Assembly: GCA_017480525.1 (NCBI GenBank)
Contig: JAFVAM010000003.1
Location: 3,483 to 67,482, forward strand
Direction: 5' to 3'
Length of the DNA: 64,000 nucleotides
Source of the DNA: Bacteroidales bacterium
Lineage (GTDB): Bacteria; Bacteroidota; Bacteroidia; Bacteroidales; P3
In this document: piece by piece, positions 35,780-44,164 of the stretch
How the letters are laid out: each line of letters opens with the position of its first letter
Numbering within the stretch: the stretch's first letter is position 1
The notes under the pieces: generated by a model
Seen by the model: the letters and a program-made list of their open reading frames with translations, nothing else
Told to the model about the DNA's origin: nothing
Databases searched by the model: none
Position numbers and translations under genes: made by a program

Positions 35780-36676
35780 ATGAAAAAAGTCCTGTTTTTC
35801 GTGTTTGCAATCGCAGCGTATTGCACCACAGCCTCGGCACAAAGCGTTATCGACGCTGACGACCAAAGCAACCCCAACGACTTCTACACCAAAGTCATCT
35901 CTACAGGCAAAAAAGCCATGCCCTTCCCCTCCGTGAGGCAGAGCGATGTCATCTGGGAGAAAGTCCAGTGGAGAGAGATTGACTTCAACGAAAAGTTCAA
36001 CCAGTTCTTCTACTTCCCCCTCAGCAGCGAAACGAACACCCAGGGCCGCATCAATCTCGTCAACCTCATCATGCGCGCTGTCAGAAACGGCGAAATCTCC
36101 GTCTATGAAGACGACGATATGCTGCGCGAACTCGACATCACCGAGGCCATGCGTCAGCTTGTCGGCGATCCTTATACCAAACAAACGGAAGTCCTCGACG
36201 AAAACGACCAGCCCATCTATGACGAAGAAATCGACGACTACCTCATGAAGGACACCCTCATCACTCGTACCTTCGATAGCACCTCGGTATTGAAAATCCG
36301 CCTCAAAGAGAAGTGGTATATCGACAAACAGGACTCCCGCCAGAAAGTCAGAATCGTTGGTCTCTGCTTCCACTACATGAAGGAGAACATGCAGGGCAAC
36401 TTCGCTCCCGCCACCTCGTTCTGGATTCCCATGGACCGCCTGGCCGTCCGCGACGTCCTCGTCAACGCCAATGCCTACGATGAGAACAACGACGTGGTCG
36501 AGCGTTCCTACGACGATGTCTTCATCCAGCGCTATTTCGACAGCTACATCATCCGCCAGTCCAACGACTACAACCGCGCCATCAGCGACTACCTCACCGG
36601 CGAGGACGCCATCCTCGAATCGCAGCGCCTCGAAGAAGAACTCTTCAACATCGAGTCCGACATGTGGGAATACTAA
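35780..36676 (+). CDS. porN: T9SS ring protein PorN/GldN
   Basis: Signal peptide; FNQFFYFP, FWIPM and C-terminal DMWEY motifs. It follows porM. Confidence 0.85.
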   Translation: MKKVLFFVFAIAAYCTTASAQSVIDADDQSNPNDFYTKVISTGKKAMPFPSVRQSDVIWEKVQWREIDFNEKFNQFFYFPLSSETNTQGRINLVNLIMRAVRNGEISVYEDDDMLRELDITEAMRQLVGDPYTKQTEVLDENDQPIYDEEIDDYLMKDTLITRTFDSTSVLKIRLKEKWYIDKQDSRQKVRIVGLCFHYMKENMQGNFAPATSFWIPMDRLAVRDVLVNANAYDENNDVVERSYDDVFIQRYFDSYIIRQSNDYNRAISDYLTGEDAILESQRLEEELFNIESDMWEY

Positions 36677-36723
36677 TCTGTTTCGACGCCAAGCAAGAAA
36701 AAAAAATCAAAGGTAAAAAAAAC

Positions 36724-36760
36724 AAGAGTTAAGAGTCTCCGAAACTCTTAACTCTTTTTT
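36724..36760 (+). terminator. intrinsic-terminator-like hairpin between the two porN paralogs
   Basis: AAGAGTTAAGAGT-CTCCGAA-ACTCTTAACTCTT followed by TTTTC. Perfect 13-bp stem. The T-tract ends 6 nt before the ATG at 36767. Confidence 0.6.
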
Positions 36761-36766
36761 CTGTCA

Positions 36767-37648
36767 ATGAAAAGCTCGCTGCCCATCGTCCTCCTTCTCC
36801 TCCTCTTGACCCTTTCCGCCAAGGGGCAGACCGTCGACGCGGACCCTGCCTCCAACCCCGACAATTTCTACGTCAACCAGCCCCTCGGCGACATGCACCC
36901 CCAGCCCCTACCCTTCCTCCGCGATGTCGACATCGTCTGGAGCACCACCCTCTGGAAGACCATCCATGTGCAGGAACTCTTCAACCAGTTCTTCTATTTC
37001 CCTGACGACGAATACATCACTTTCGGCAAGAAAAGCCTGGCCTACATCCTTTGGGATGCCGTGGTGGCCAATGAGATACCCATCTACGATGACGACCGCG
37101 TCCTCATCCCGCTCGACAACGACGAGTTCGTCCGCCGCTTCACCCGTGCCGACACCCTCCAGCTCGAGATAGGCTACGACGAGGACGAGAACGAAATCTA
37201 TGAAACCGTCATACGCCCCCGCCATTTCGACGGCTCCGAAATCCTCGCCTACTCTCTGCGCGAAGTGTGGTTCGTCGGCCGTCAGGACACCCGCCAGGAC
37301 TCTCGACGCATAGCCCTGGCCCCCATCAAAGAGACCTACCGCGAACTGCCTAACGGCGAGGACATCTATCTCGGCAACCTTCCCATCTTCTGGATTCCCC
37401 TCCAACACCCTGCCGTCCGCAACCTCCTCGTGCGCTACACCGCCTATGTCGACCCCGAAAACATAGCCCGCCAGCCCTCCTGGGACTGGGTCTTCCTCGC
37501 CCAATACTACAACGCACTCACCACCCGCGAGAGCAATCTTTACGACCGCTCCGTGAGCAACTACCTCACCGGCGAGGACGCCGTCCTCGAAGCCGCTCTC
37601 ATCGAAGACAAAGTCATGCAGGTAGAGAACGACATGTGGGAATATTAG
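36767..37648 (+). CDS. second PorN/GldN paralog
   Basis: Signal peptide. Shares FNQFFYFP, FWIPL, YLTGEDA and C-terminal NDMWEY with the upstream PorN. Confidence 0.8.
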   Translation: MKSSLPIVLLLLLLTLSAKGQTVDADPASNPDNFYVNQPLGDMHPQPLPFLRDVDIVWSTTLWKTIHVQELFNQFFYFPDDEYITFGKKSLAYILWDAVVANEIPIYDDDRVLIPLDNDEFVRRFTRADTLQLEIGYDEDENEIYETVIRPRHFDGSEILAYSLREVWFVGRQDTRQDSRRIALAPIKETYRELPNGEDIYLGNLPIFWIPLQHPAVRNLLVRYTAYVDPENIARQPSWDWVFLAQYYNALTTRESNLYDRSVSNYLTGEDAVLEAALIEDKVMQVENDMWEY

Positions 37649-37666
37649 GGCTGTCGCGCGAAAAAA

Positions 37667-38725
37667 CTAATTATTGGTATATCTCCTCCAGCGCTCTATG
37701 CACTGTTCCATGTCGGCTGGCAGGGGACTCTCGAAGTGGAGATGCTCCATGGTGGCGGGATGCTCGAAACCCAGCACCCTGGCATGCAGTGCCTGCCGTG
37801 GCAGCACGGCAAAGCAGTTCTCCACAAACTGTCTGTATCTTGAGAAAGTGGTACCCTTCAGGATTTCATCGCCGCCGTAGGCAGCATCGCTGAAAAGCGG
37901 ATGGCCTATATGGCGCATGTGGGCCCTGATCTGATGCGTCCGTCCGGTCTCCAGCACACACTCCACCAGCGTCACATAGCCGAACCTCTCCAGCACCCGC
38001 CAGTGCGTAACGGCATGCTTGCCGCGCTGCTCCTCTTCGGGGACACCCTCCTCGTGCGGGAAAACGCACATCACCTTCCTGTCATGCGGCGAGCGGCCTA
38101 TGTTGCCCACGATGGTGCCGTGGTCGTCGTCGAAATCGCCCCATACCAAGGCAATGTATTTGCGCTCTATGGAGTGGACGAAGAACTGACGCGCCAACGC
38201 CACCTGCGCCTCCTCGTTCTTGGCCACCAGCAGCAGCCCCGAGGTGTCCTTGTCTATGCGATGCACCAGCAGCGGTCTGGCCTCGGCGCCTCCGCGCGTG
38301 GTCTTCCCCTGCAGGTAGAACAGCAGACCGTTCACCAGCGTCCCCGTCCAGTTGCCCACGCCGGGGTGTACCACCAGCCCTGCGGGCTTGTCGACCACCA
38401 GCACATCCTCATCCTCGTAGACGATGGTCAGCGGCATCTCTTCGGGCAGCAACTCGAACTCGTGCGGCGGCTCCGGCAGCAGGACGCTAATCTCGTCCAG
38501 CGGCTTCACCCTGTAGTTGGCCTTGGCGGCCTTGCCGTTCACCAGCACACACTCCGCCTTCGTAGCGGCCTGAATCTTTGTGCGCGACACACCTTGCAGG
38601 CGCATCTGCAGGTATCTGTCGATGCGCAGCATCTCCTGTCCGCGATCCACCACGATGTGGTGGTGTTCATACAACTCCTGCTGTTCTTCCTGTTCCAGTT
38701 CCAAATCCCGTTGCTCTTCTGCCAT
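37667..38725 (-). CDS. rluD: RluA-family 23S rRNA pseudouridine synthase (RluD-like)
   Basis: S4 domain (RIDRYLQMRLQGVSRTKIQ) and catalytic motif HRIDKDTSGLLLVAK. The start is placed at MAEEQRD; the track start at 38854 looks over-extended. Confidence 0.85.
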   Translation of the reverse strand: MAEEQRDLELEQEEQQELYEHHHIVVDRGQEMLRIDRYLQMRLQGVSRTKIQAATKAECVLVNGKAAKANYRVKPLDEISVLLPEPPHEFELLPEEMPLTIVYEDEDVLVVDKPAGLVVHPGVGNWTGTLVNGLLFYLQGKTTRGGAEARPLLVHRIDKDTSGLLLVAKNEEAQVALARQFFVHSIERKYIALVWGDFDDDHGTIVGNIGRSPHDRKVMCVFPHEEGVPEEEQRGKHAVTHWRVLERFGYVTLVECVLETGRTHQIRAHMRHIGHPLFSDAAYGGDEILKGTTFSRYRQFVENCFAVLPRQALHARVLGFEHPATMEHLHFESPLPADMEQCIERWRRYTNN

Positions 38726-38729
38726 TCTT

Positions 38730-40634
38730 TCAGTGTTTGACAATAAATTTGACCATGCCGGAGGCTCCCGAGCGTTCCGATGTCCACTGCGCCACATACA
38801 CCCCCTCGGCCATCGCCGCCGTAGCCACGACGCTCTCGCGCGTCTCGGCCACAAGCCGTCCCCGCATGTCGAAAATCCTTATCCGGCTCCCTTCGGGGAG
38901 ACCTTCTATCCGCATCTGCTGCGACGACGGGTTGGGCACCGCCCTGCATCCCGACGCCTGCTGCGGGCTTTCCACGCCCACCATGGCGGCCGTGCCGAAG
39001 TAGGGCCTCATCATCAGCGACCCGCGGAGGATGCTCTGCTGCCACTCCGTGCCCGTGAGATAAAAGATGCGCTCGCGCGTGTCGCGACTGCGGTCGAAGC
39101 CCATGTTGATATAGCGGTTGTTGCCCTGTTCGAAACCCACGAAAAGCGTGTCCGCCACCACCACCGGGCGTTCCAGCACATAGCGGTGGAATGCGTTGAC
39201 CTCGCCCGGCTGCGGGTACCGGCTCCGGCTGTCGCGATAGACCACCTCGCCGGGTTGCCCTCCCTCGCAGTGCCACACCGTCAGATAGAACGGCACCTCC
39301 TCGTTCTCGTCGCGCAACGTGTGGTTGAAACATATCTCCACGGCCGTCAGCGTGTCCTCCTCGTTGAGGTCGAACCTGTAGGCCAGGAAGACCCTGCTGG
39401 CTGTCGACGTGAGGCCGTAGCCGTCCTCCGCCGTACCGTCGTCGTAAGCATAGTAGTCGGCAAAAACCTGGCGGAAACGCACGGTGTCGTTCTCGCCATG
39501 GTCGTCGCCGCCCACACCCTCTCTCACCGTGTGCACCACCGTGTAGCTCCGCGCCCCCTCCCCTTCGGGGAAAGCGTAGCCCACCGACGGACGCGCATGG
39601 GCCTGCGCATCCTGGTAGGTGCCGTCGGGCAGGAACGCCGGGGCGTTCTCGTAGCCGCCATCGTAGCAGTGCAGCGTGTCGCCGCGCCCGTCGACGATGG
39701 CGTAGCCATAGTGTGTGGCCAAAGGCATAGAGAAAAGGTTGGCGATGGTCATCTCGAGCGCCGGGGCCATCTCGCTGCGCCGGTACTGCCGCGCGGGCAT
39801 GGCGGCATAGTGCGCCAGCAGCGACGGCGCAGGCTCCACGAAGGCCACGTCCCTGAACGAGGCATCGCCCGTGGTACGGCGGCCTCGGTCCACCACGACA
39901 TAGTCTATGTGCCACTGGTCGCCGTTGCCCGACAGTCCGGGCTTGCTGGTGCTCGTCTGGCTGCAGATGTTGCGGAAGCGGAAGCGGAAGGCGTCGTTGA
40001 GGAACTGTGTGTCGGCCACGGCGATGGCCACATACTGCCACGCCCTGCCTGTGGCGGCCAGCAGCGAATCCACCGTCGTGCCGCCGCGCCCCCACACCGT
40101 CACCCACGTGCTGTCGGCTTCGCGGAAGAACTCCACGAGGAGCGAATCCCCGGCCTCGGGAGCGTCGCCGATGGTCTCCCAGCGGTTGCCGCCGCCCCCT
40201 CCGGGGAGGTAGAAGAAACTCACCACCACCGAGTCCGCCGGCGTCAGGCCGGCGAGGAGCAGGCTGCGCGAGAGGAGTGTGTCGGCGGGGTAGCGTCCCG
40301 CCCCGGCGCCGGGATAGAGGGCTCCGTCGGCGCCTATGGCGTCCAGCGTGGCCACGCCCACCGTGGGGGGCAGGAGCCCTGCGCCGCCGCTCAGCGTCGC
40401 GCCGCCACGCTGCCAGAGGGCCGCCGAGGGGAACGGCTCGCCGGAGGCGAAGTCGTCGAAGAAAGGCAGTGCCACGGCCTCGTCGGAGGCCTTGGCCGTC
40501 GGGGGAACCACGGGACCCCGCAGCAGCGGCAGCAGCACCTCCTGCGCCGCCACACGCGGCAGCGCCAGCGCCGCCATACAGCACCACAACGCCGCCCCGC
40601 GGCACCAATGTCCGCCCGTCCCCTGCCCTACCAT
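38730..40634 (-). CDS. secreted protein with a T9SS type A C-terminal sorting domain
   Basis: The C-terminus AVPNPSSQQMRIEGLPEGSRIRIFDMRGRLVAE...GVYVAQWTS...KFIVKH is Por-tail-like. N-terminal signal-like AALWCCMAALALPRVAAQ. The start overlaps the upstream stop (ATGGTAG). Confidence 0.7.
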   Translation of the reverse strand: MVGQGTGGHWCRGAALWCCMAALALPRVAAQEVLLPLLRGPVVPPTAKASDEAVALPFFDDFASGEPFPSAALWQRGGATLSGGAGLLPPTVGVATLDAIGADGALYPGAGAGRYPADTLLSRSLLLAGLTPADSVVVSFFYLPGGGGGNRWETIGDAPEAGDSLLVEFFREADSTWVTVWGRGGTTVDSLLAATGRAWQYVAIAVADTQFLNDAFRFRFRNICSQTSTSKPGLSGNGDQWHIDYVVVDRGRRTTGDASFRDVAFVEPAPSLLAHYAAMPARQYRRSEMAPALEMTIANLFSMPLATHYGYAIVDGRGDTLHCYDGGYENAPAFLPDGTYQDAQAHARPSVGYAFPEGEGARSYTVVHTVREGVGGDDHGENDTVRFRQVFADYYAYDDGTAEDGYGLTSTASRVFLAYRFDLNEEDTLTAVEICFNHTLRDENEEVPFYLTVWHCEGGQPGEVVYRDSRSRYPQPGEVNAFHRYVLERPVVVADTLFVGFEQGNNRYINMGFDRSRDTRERIFYLTGTEWQQSILRGSLMMRPYFGTAAMVGVESPQQASGCRAVPNPSSQQMRIEGLPEGSRIRIFDMRGRLVAETRESVVATAAMAEGVYVAQWTSERSGASGMVKFIVKH

Positions 40635-41515
40635 GTCCAGCTCTCCTCGTTAGCCTCTATCTCGTCGGGCGTCGGCCGCCCGTCGTCAATGTCGTTGGGA
40701 TCCACAATCTTGCTCGAATCGACCCTGAAGTCGCTCACCATCTTGGCCACGTCGGTGTTGTTGGCGTCGATATACCACAGCTCGACATTCGAGCCGTAGA
40801 GATACTTGTTCACACCCGTGTAGTCGGGTTCCTGACGGTAGACCACCGCCGTGGCCTTGTCCTTGACGCCTTTGAAATGCTCACGGCCCACGTTGAGCGA
40901 AACCGACACGATGTCCCTGCGGGCCTTGTCGGCGGTCTTGCCGATCACGAAGGGCACACTGCTCGTCCCCGAACCGTCGCCGCTGCCCACCACAAGGTCC
41001 ACCACCGTGCCGCGCGGCACCTGCTGGCCGGCATAGAGGTTCTTGCCACGGCTGCTCTGGTCCACGACGCTGTTCTTATAGGGGTCGTCCACGAAGGTGA
41101 GCCGTCCCACCTCCAGACCCACGGCATAGAGTTCCGAGACGGCCTGCCTCACCGAGAGGCCCGCCAGCTCGGGCAGCACAGCGTCGTCGGCGTTGTAGGC
41201 CGTGATGCTCACATACACCTTGCGTCCGCTCTTCACCATGGTGCCCCCCTTGGGGTCCTGCGTCAGGATGGTGCCGCCCTCCACGCCCTGGTGGAAGAGG
41301 GAATCCATCACCACGAATTCAAGCCCAATGGCGTTGTCGGCCTCGGCCTCGACGATGTTCTTGCCCACCATGTCGGGCATCTCGTATTCCTCCCCCTGGC
41401 GGGCATAGATGCGGATGAACAGGAACACCAGCATCAGCACCACCAGCGACACCGCCACCATCAGCAGCAGATGCAGCAACCAAGGAAACCGCTTGAAAAA
41501 ATTCTCTTTAGCCAT
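40628..41515 (-). CDS. PASTA domain-containing membrane protein
   Basis: N-terminal TM (WLLHLLLMVAVSLVVLMLVFLFI) followed by three PASTA-like repeats (MPDMVGKNIVEA..., LPELAGLSVRQA..., VPFVIGKTADKA...). Confidence 0.75.
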   Translation of the reverse strand: MAKENFFKRFPWLLHLLLMVAVSLVVLMLVFLFIRIYARQGEEYEMPDMVGKNIVEAEADNAIGLEFVVMDSLFHQGVEGGTILTQDPKGGTMVKSGRKVYVSITAYNADDAVLPELAGLSVRQAVSELYAVGLEVGRLTFVDDPYKNSVVDQSSRGKNLYAGQQVPRGTVVDLVVGSGDGSGTSSVPFVIGKTADKARRDIVSVSLNVGREHFKGVKDKATAVVYRQEPDYTGVNKYLYGSNVELWYIDANNTDVAKMVSDFRVDSSKIVDPNDIDDGRPTPDEIEANEESWTW

Positions 41516-41575
41516 AAAAAAATTTCTATAAGTCTATCAAATCCATAATAACTGTCAAAAAAACCTGCCCCCGGC

Positions 41576-42898
41576 TCACACCAGCGTTCCCAGCAGCGTG
41601 GCCGCCGTGACGTCGTCCACCCTCACCCTCCTGTAGGTCCCCGCCACGGCGTCGCCGCGGTCGAACACCAGCACCTTGTTCTGGCTGTTGCGGCCGAAGA
41701 GGCGCTCCTTCGAGCGGTGGCTCTCGCCCTCCACCAGCACCTCGTACACCCTGCCCACCTCCTCGCGGTTGTTCTCCAGGGCTATCCGGCCCTGCAGGGC
41801 GATAATCTCGTTGAGGCGGCGCGTCTTCTCCGCCTCGCTGATGTCGTCGGCCATGTGGCGCGAGGCATAGGTGCCCTCGCGCTGCGAGTATTTGAACATG
41901 AAGGCATAGTCGTAGCGCACCGTGCGGAAAAGCTCCAGCGTCAGCTCGTGGTCCTCGAGGGTCTCGCCGCAGAAACCCGCGATGACGTCCGTGGTGATGG
42001 AGCAGTCGGGCAGATGGCGGCGGATGGACGCCACACGGTCCAGATACCACTCCACGGTGTACTTCCTGTTCATCAGCTTCAGCATCCTGTCGCTGCCGCT
42101 CTGCACAGGCAGATGGATGCAGCGGCAGATGTTGTCGTGTGCCGCCATGACCTCCAGGAGCTTGTCGCTGAGGTCCTTGGGGTGCGACGTGGCGAAGCGC
42201 ACCCGCAGCCGCGGGTCGATGGCCGCCACGCGGTCCATCAGCTCCGGGAAAGTCGTCGGCACACCGTCGGCGCCCTGCCAGCAGTAGGAGTTCACGTTCT
42301 GCCCCAGGAGCGTCACCTCGCGGTAGCCGCGCCCGAAGAGCGTCCGTGCCTCGTCGACGATGGTCTGCGGGTCGCGGCTGCGTTCGCGGCCGCGTGTGTA
42401 AGGCACCACGCAGTAGGAGCAATAGTTCTGGCATCCGCGCATGATGCTGATATAGGCCGAGATGCCGTTGCCCGCCAGGCGCACAGGCTCGATGTCGGCA
42501 TAGGTCTCCGTGGTGCTCAGTTCCACGTCGGCAGCCTTGCCGCCACGCCGCACGTCGGCCAACATCGCCGGCAAACGGCGATAGGCGTCGGGACCGCAGA
42601 CGAAACTCACGTTGTCCTCCTCGGCCATCAGGCGGCTCTGCAGCCGCTCGGCCATGCAGCCCAGCACACCCACGCGCAGCCCCGGCCGACGCGTCTGCAT
42701 CGCCCGCAGCTCGCGCACACGGTGGCGCACACGCTGCTCCGCGTTGTCGCGGATGGCGCAGGTGTTGATGAGGATGAAGTCCGCCTCCTCCACACTGCCG
42801 CTCACACCATAGCCCGCACCATGCAGAATCGACGCAATCACCTCGCTGTCCGCGAAATTCATCTGGCACCCGTAAGTCTCTATATATATCTTTTCCAT
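41576..42898 (-). CDS. miaB: tRNA-2-methylthio-N6-dimethylallyladenosine synthase
   Basis: N-terminal YIETYGCQMNFADSE, radical SAM CQNYCSYC, and a C-terminal TRAM-like region. The start is placed at MEKIYIE. Confidence 0.9.
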   Translation of the reverse strand: MEKIYIETYGCQMNFADSEVIASILHGAGYGVSGSVEEADFILINTCAIRDNAEQRVRHRVRELRAMQTRRPGLRVGVLGCMAERLQSRLMAEEDNVSFVCGPDAYRRLPAMLADVRRGGKAADVELSTTETYADIEPVRLAGNGISAYISIMRGCQNYCSYCVVPYTRGRERSRDPQTIVDEARTLFGRGYREVTLLGQNVNSYCWQGADGVPTTFPELMDRVAAIDPRLRVRFATSHPKDLSDKLLEVMAAHDNICRCIHLPVQSGSDRMLKLMNRKYTVEWYLDRVASIRRHLPDCSITTDVIAGFCGETLEDHELTLELFRTVRYDYAFMFKYSQREGTYASRHMADDISEAEKTRRLNEIIALQGRIALENNREEVGRVYEVLVEGESHRSKERLFGRNSQNKVLVFDRGDAVAGTYRRVRVDDVTAATLLGTLV

Positions 42899-42922
42899 CA
42901 GTATGCAATAAAAATCAAACTG

Positions 42923-42930
42923 CAAAGATA
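42923..42930 (-). promoter_or_regulatory. putative -7 promoter box (TATCTTTG) for miaB
   Basis: TAnnTTTG match on the minus strand, 25 nt upstream of the ATG at 42898. Confidence 0.4.
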
Positions 42931-43345
42931 CGAAAAAAAACCGACACATCGGAAAAAAACTCCTTTCCCGTCCGCTTCACTCCCCCGGGAAGCCGTGCAG
43001 GGCGTTTGCCGCGCTTCGCGACCGGCCTGCGTCCCGCCGGACACTCCGGGCCTTCTGCCGCTCCCCGGGGAAGCCATTTTCTTGACTACGCTTCCACCCT
43101 CATGCTCAACACATTGCAACAATCAACTCTTTCCTATCTCTATATGAACAAATTTCCGACCTTTTACAAAAAATTTCATTGGTAGGCAATAAACCGACGA
43201 TGGCAGCGTTATGATGGGGCGAACAGTGGGGATTGGGCCACCGGGCGGCATGGCGGCATCGGAAAACCCCTGCCGGCATGACGGCATCGGCGGACGGGTC
43301 CGAAATGAAATAAAACAGTCTGAAACGATACAAAAACAGAGAGAT

Positions 43346-44164
43346 ATGGCAAAACAAGACCAGGGAATCATCGGAGGCTTCAGGGGGACGATAGGACCCG
43401 TGATAGGCTACCAGTGGCGGGGACGCTGGTGTCTGCGGGCGCGGCCGCAGCGCGTGAGCAATCCGCGTACGGAGGCGCAGCAGGAACACCGCAGGCTCTT
43501 CCGCGAGATGGTGCAGACGGCCAGCCGCCTCAACGGAGCCCTGCGCCACGGCCTGCGGCAGGCCTCGCTGGAGATGGGCATGACAGAGGGCAACCTCTTC
43601 GTGAAGATGAACAAGGACTGCTTCCGTCCGCAAGGCATAGACTACGAGGCCCTTGAGCTCAGCGCCGGCCCCGTGGCGCCGGTGGCTTTCGGTCCTGCAC
43701 GGATCGACGCACAGGGGGTGATGCACGTGGAGTTTGAGAAGAACCCCCTGCGCCTCGCCTCCTCGGCCACCGACGAGGTGCACGTGGTGCTCTACTGCCC
43801 CGCGCAGCAGCGCCTGCTGCAGGCCGCACCGGTGCACCGCAAGAGCAAGCGGCTGAGCATCAGCCTCCCCGACGAATGGCTCGGCATGGAGATCCACGCC
43901 TACGGCTTCGTGACGGACCACCGCCAGTGGGCGTCGGCCACGACATATATCCCCATAGAGGCATCCGCCGCAAGGCCAGCCGCCGACAGCGGCGCGGCAG
44001 CGTCAGCCCTCACGGCGGCAACGGAAGCGAGCCTCTCCTCCACGCCCGCAACGGTACACACAGCCGATATTAAAACCACAAAAAGAGACCATTATGAAGA
44101 AGAGAGCCATCCTGACGGCCTTCGTGCTGACGGCGGCGGCGGCCTGCGGCCAGCGATGGGATAG
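43346..44164 (+). CDS. conserved hypothetical protein (DUF6266-like; tentative)
   Basis: The N-terminus GIIGGFRGTIGPVIGYQWRGRWCLRARPQRVSNPRTEAQQ resembles a Bacteroidota DUF family (from memory). It has an Ala/Ser-rich tail. The 3-prime end overlaps the next gene by 71 nt. Confidence 0.5.
   Translation: MAKQDQGIIGGFRGTIGPVIGYQWRGRWCLRARPQRVSNPRTEAQQEHRRLFREMVQTASRLNGALRHGLRQASLEMGMTEGNLFVKMNKDCFRPQGIDYEALELSAGPVAPVAFGPARIDAQGVMHVEFEKNPLRLASSATDEVHVVLYCPAQQRLLQAAPVHRKSKRLSISLPDEWLGMEIHAYGFVTDHRQWASATTYIPIEASAARPAADSGAAASALTAATEASLSSTPATVHTADIKTTKRDHYEEESHPDGLRADGGGGLRPAMG

Noticed and set aside
38539-40799. Alternative long ORFs over the T9SS cargo gene (38539..40608 on the minus strand, 38580..40799 on the plus strand).
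   Set aside because: Their translations are Arg/Gly/Pro/Ala-rich and lack a signal peptide or sorting domain. The 38730..40634 frame has balanced composition and a recognisable Por C-terminal domain.
41526-42908. 460-aa minus-strand ORF in an alternative frame of miaB. Similarly, 45534..46733 and 45571..46506 lie over tilS.
   Set aside because: Their translations are Arg/Pro/Gly/Ala-rich nonsense. The miaB and tilS frames carry diagnostic motifs (radical SAM CxxxCxxC, SGGxDS).
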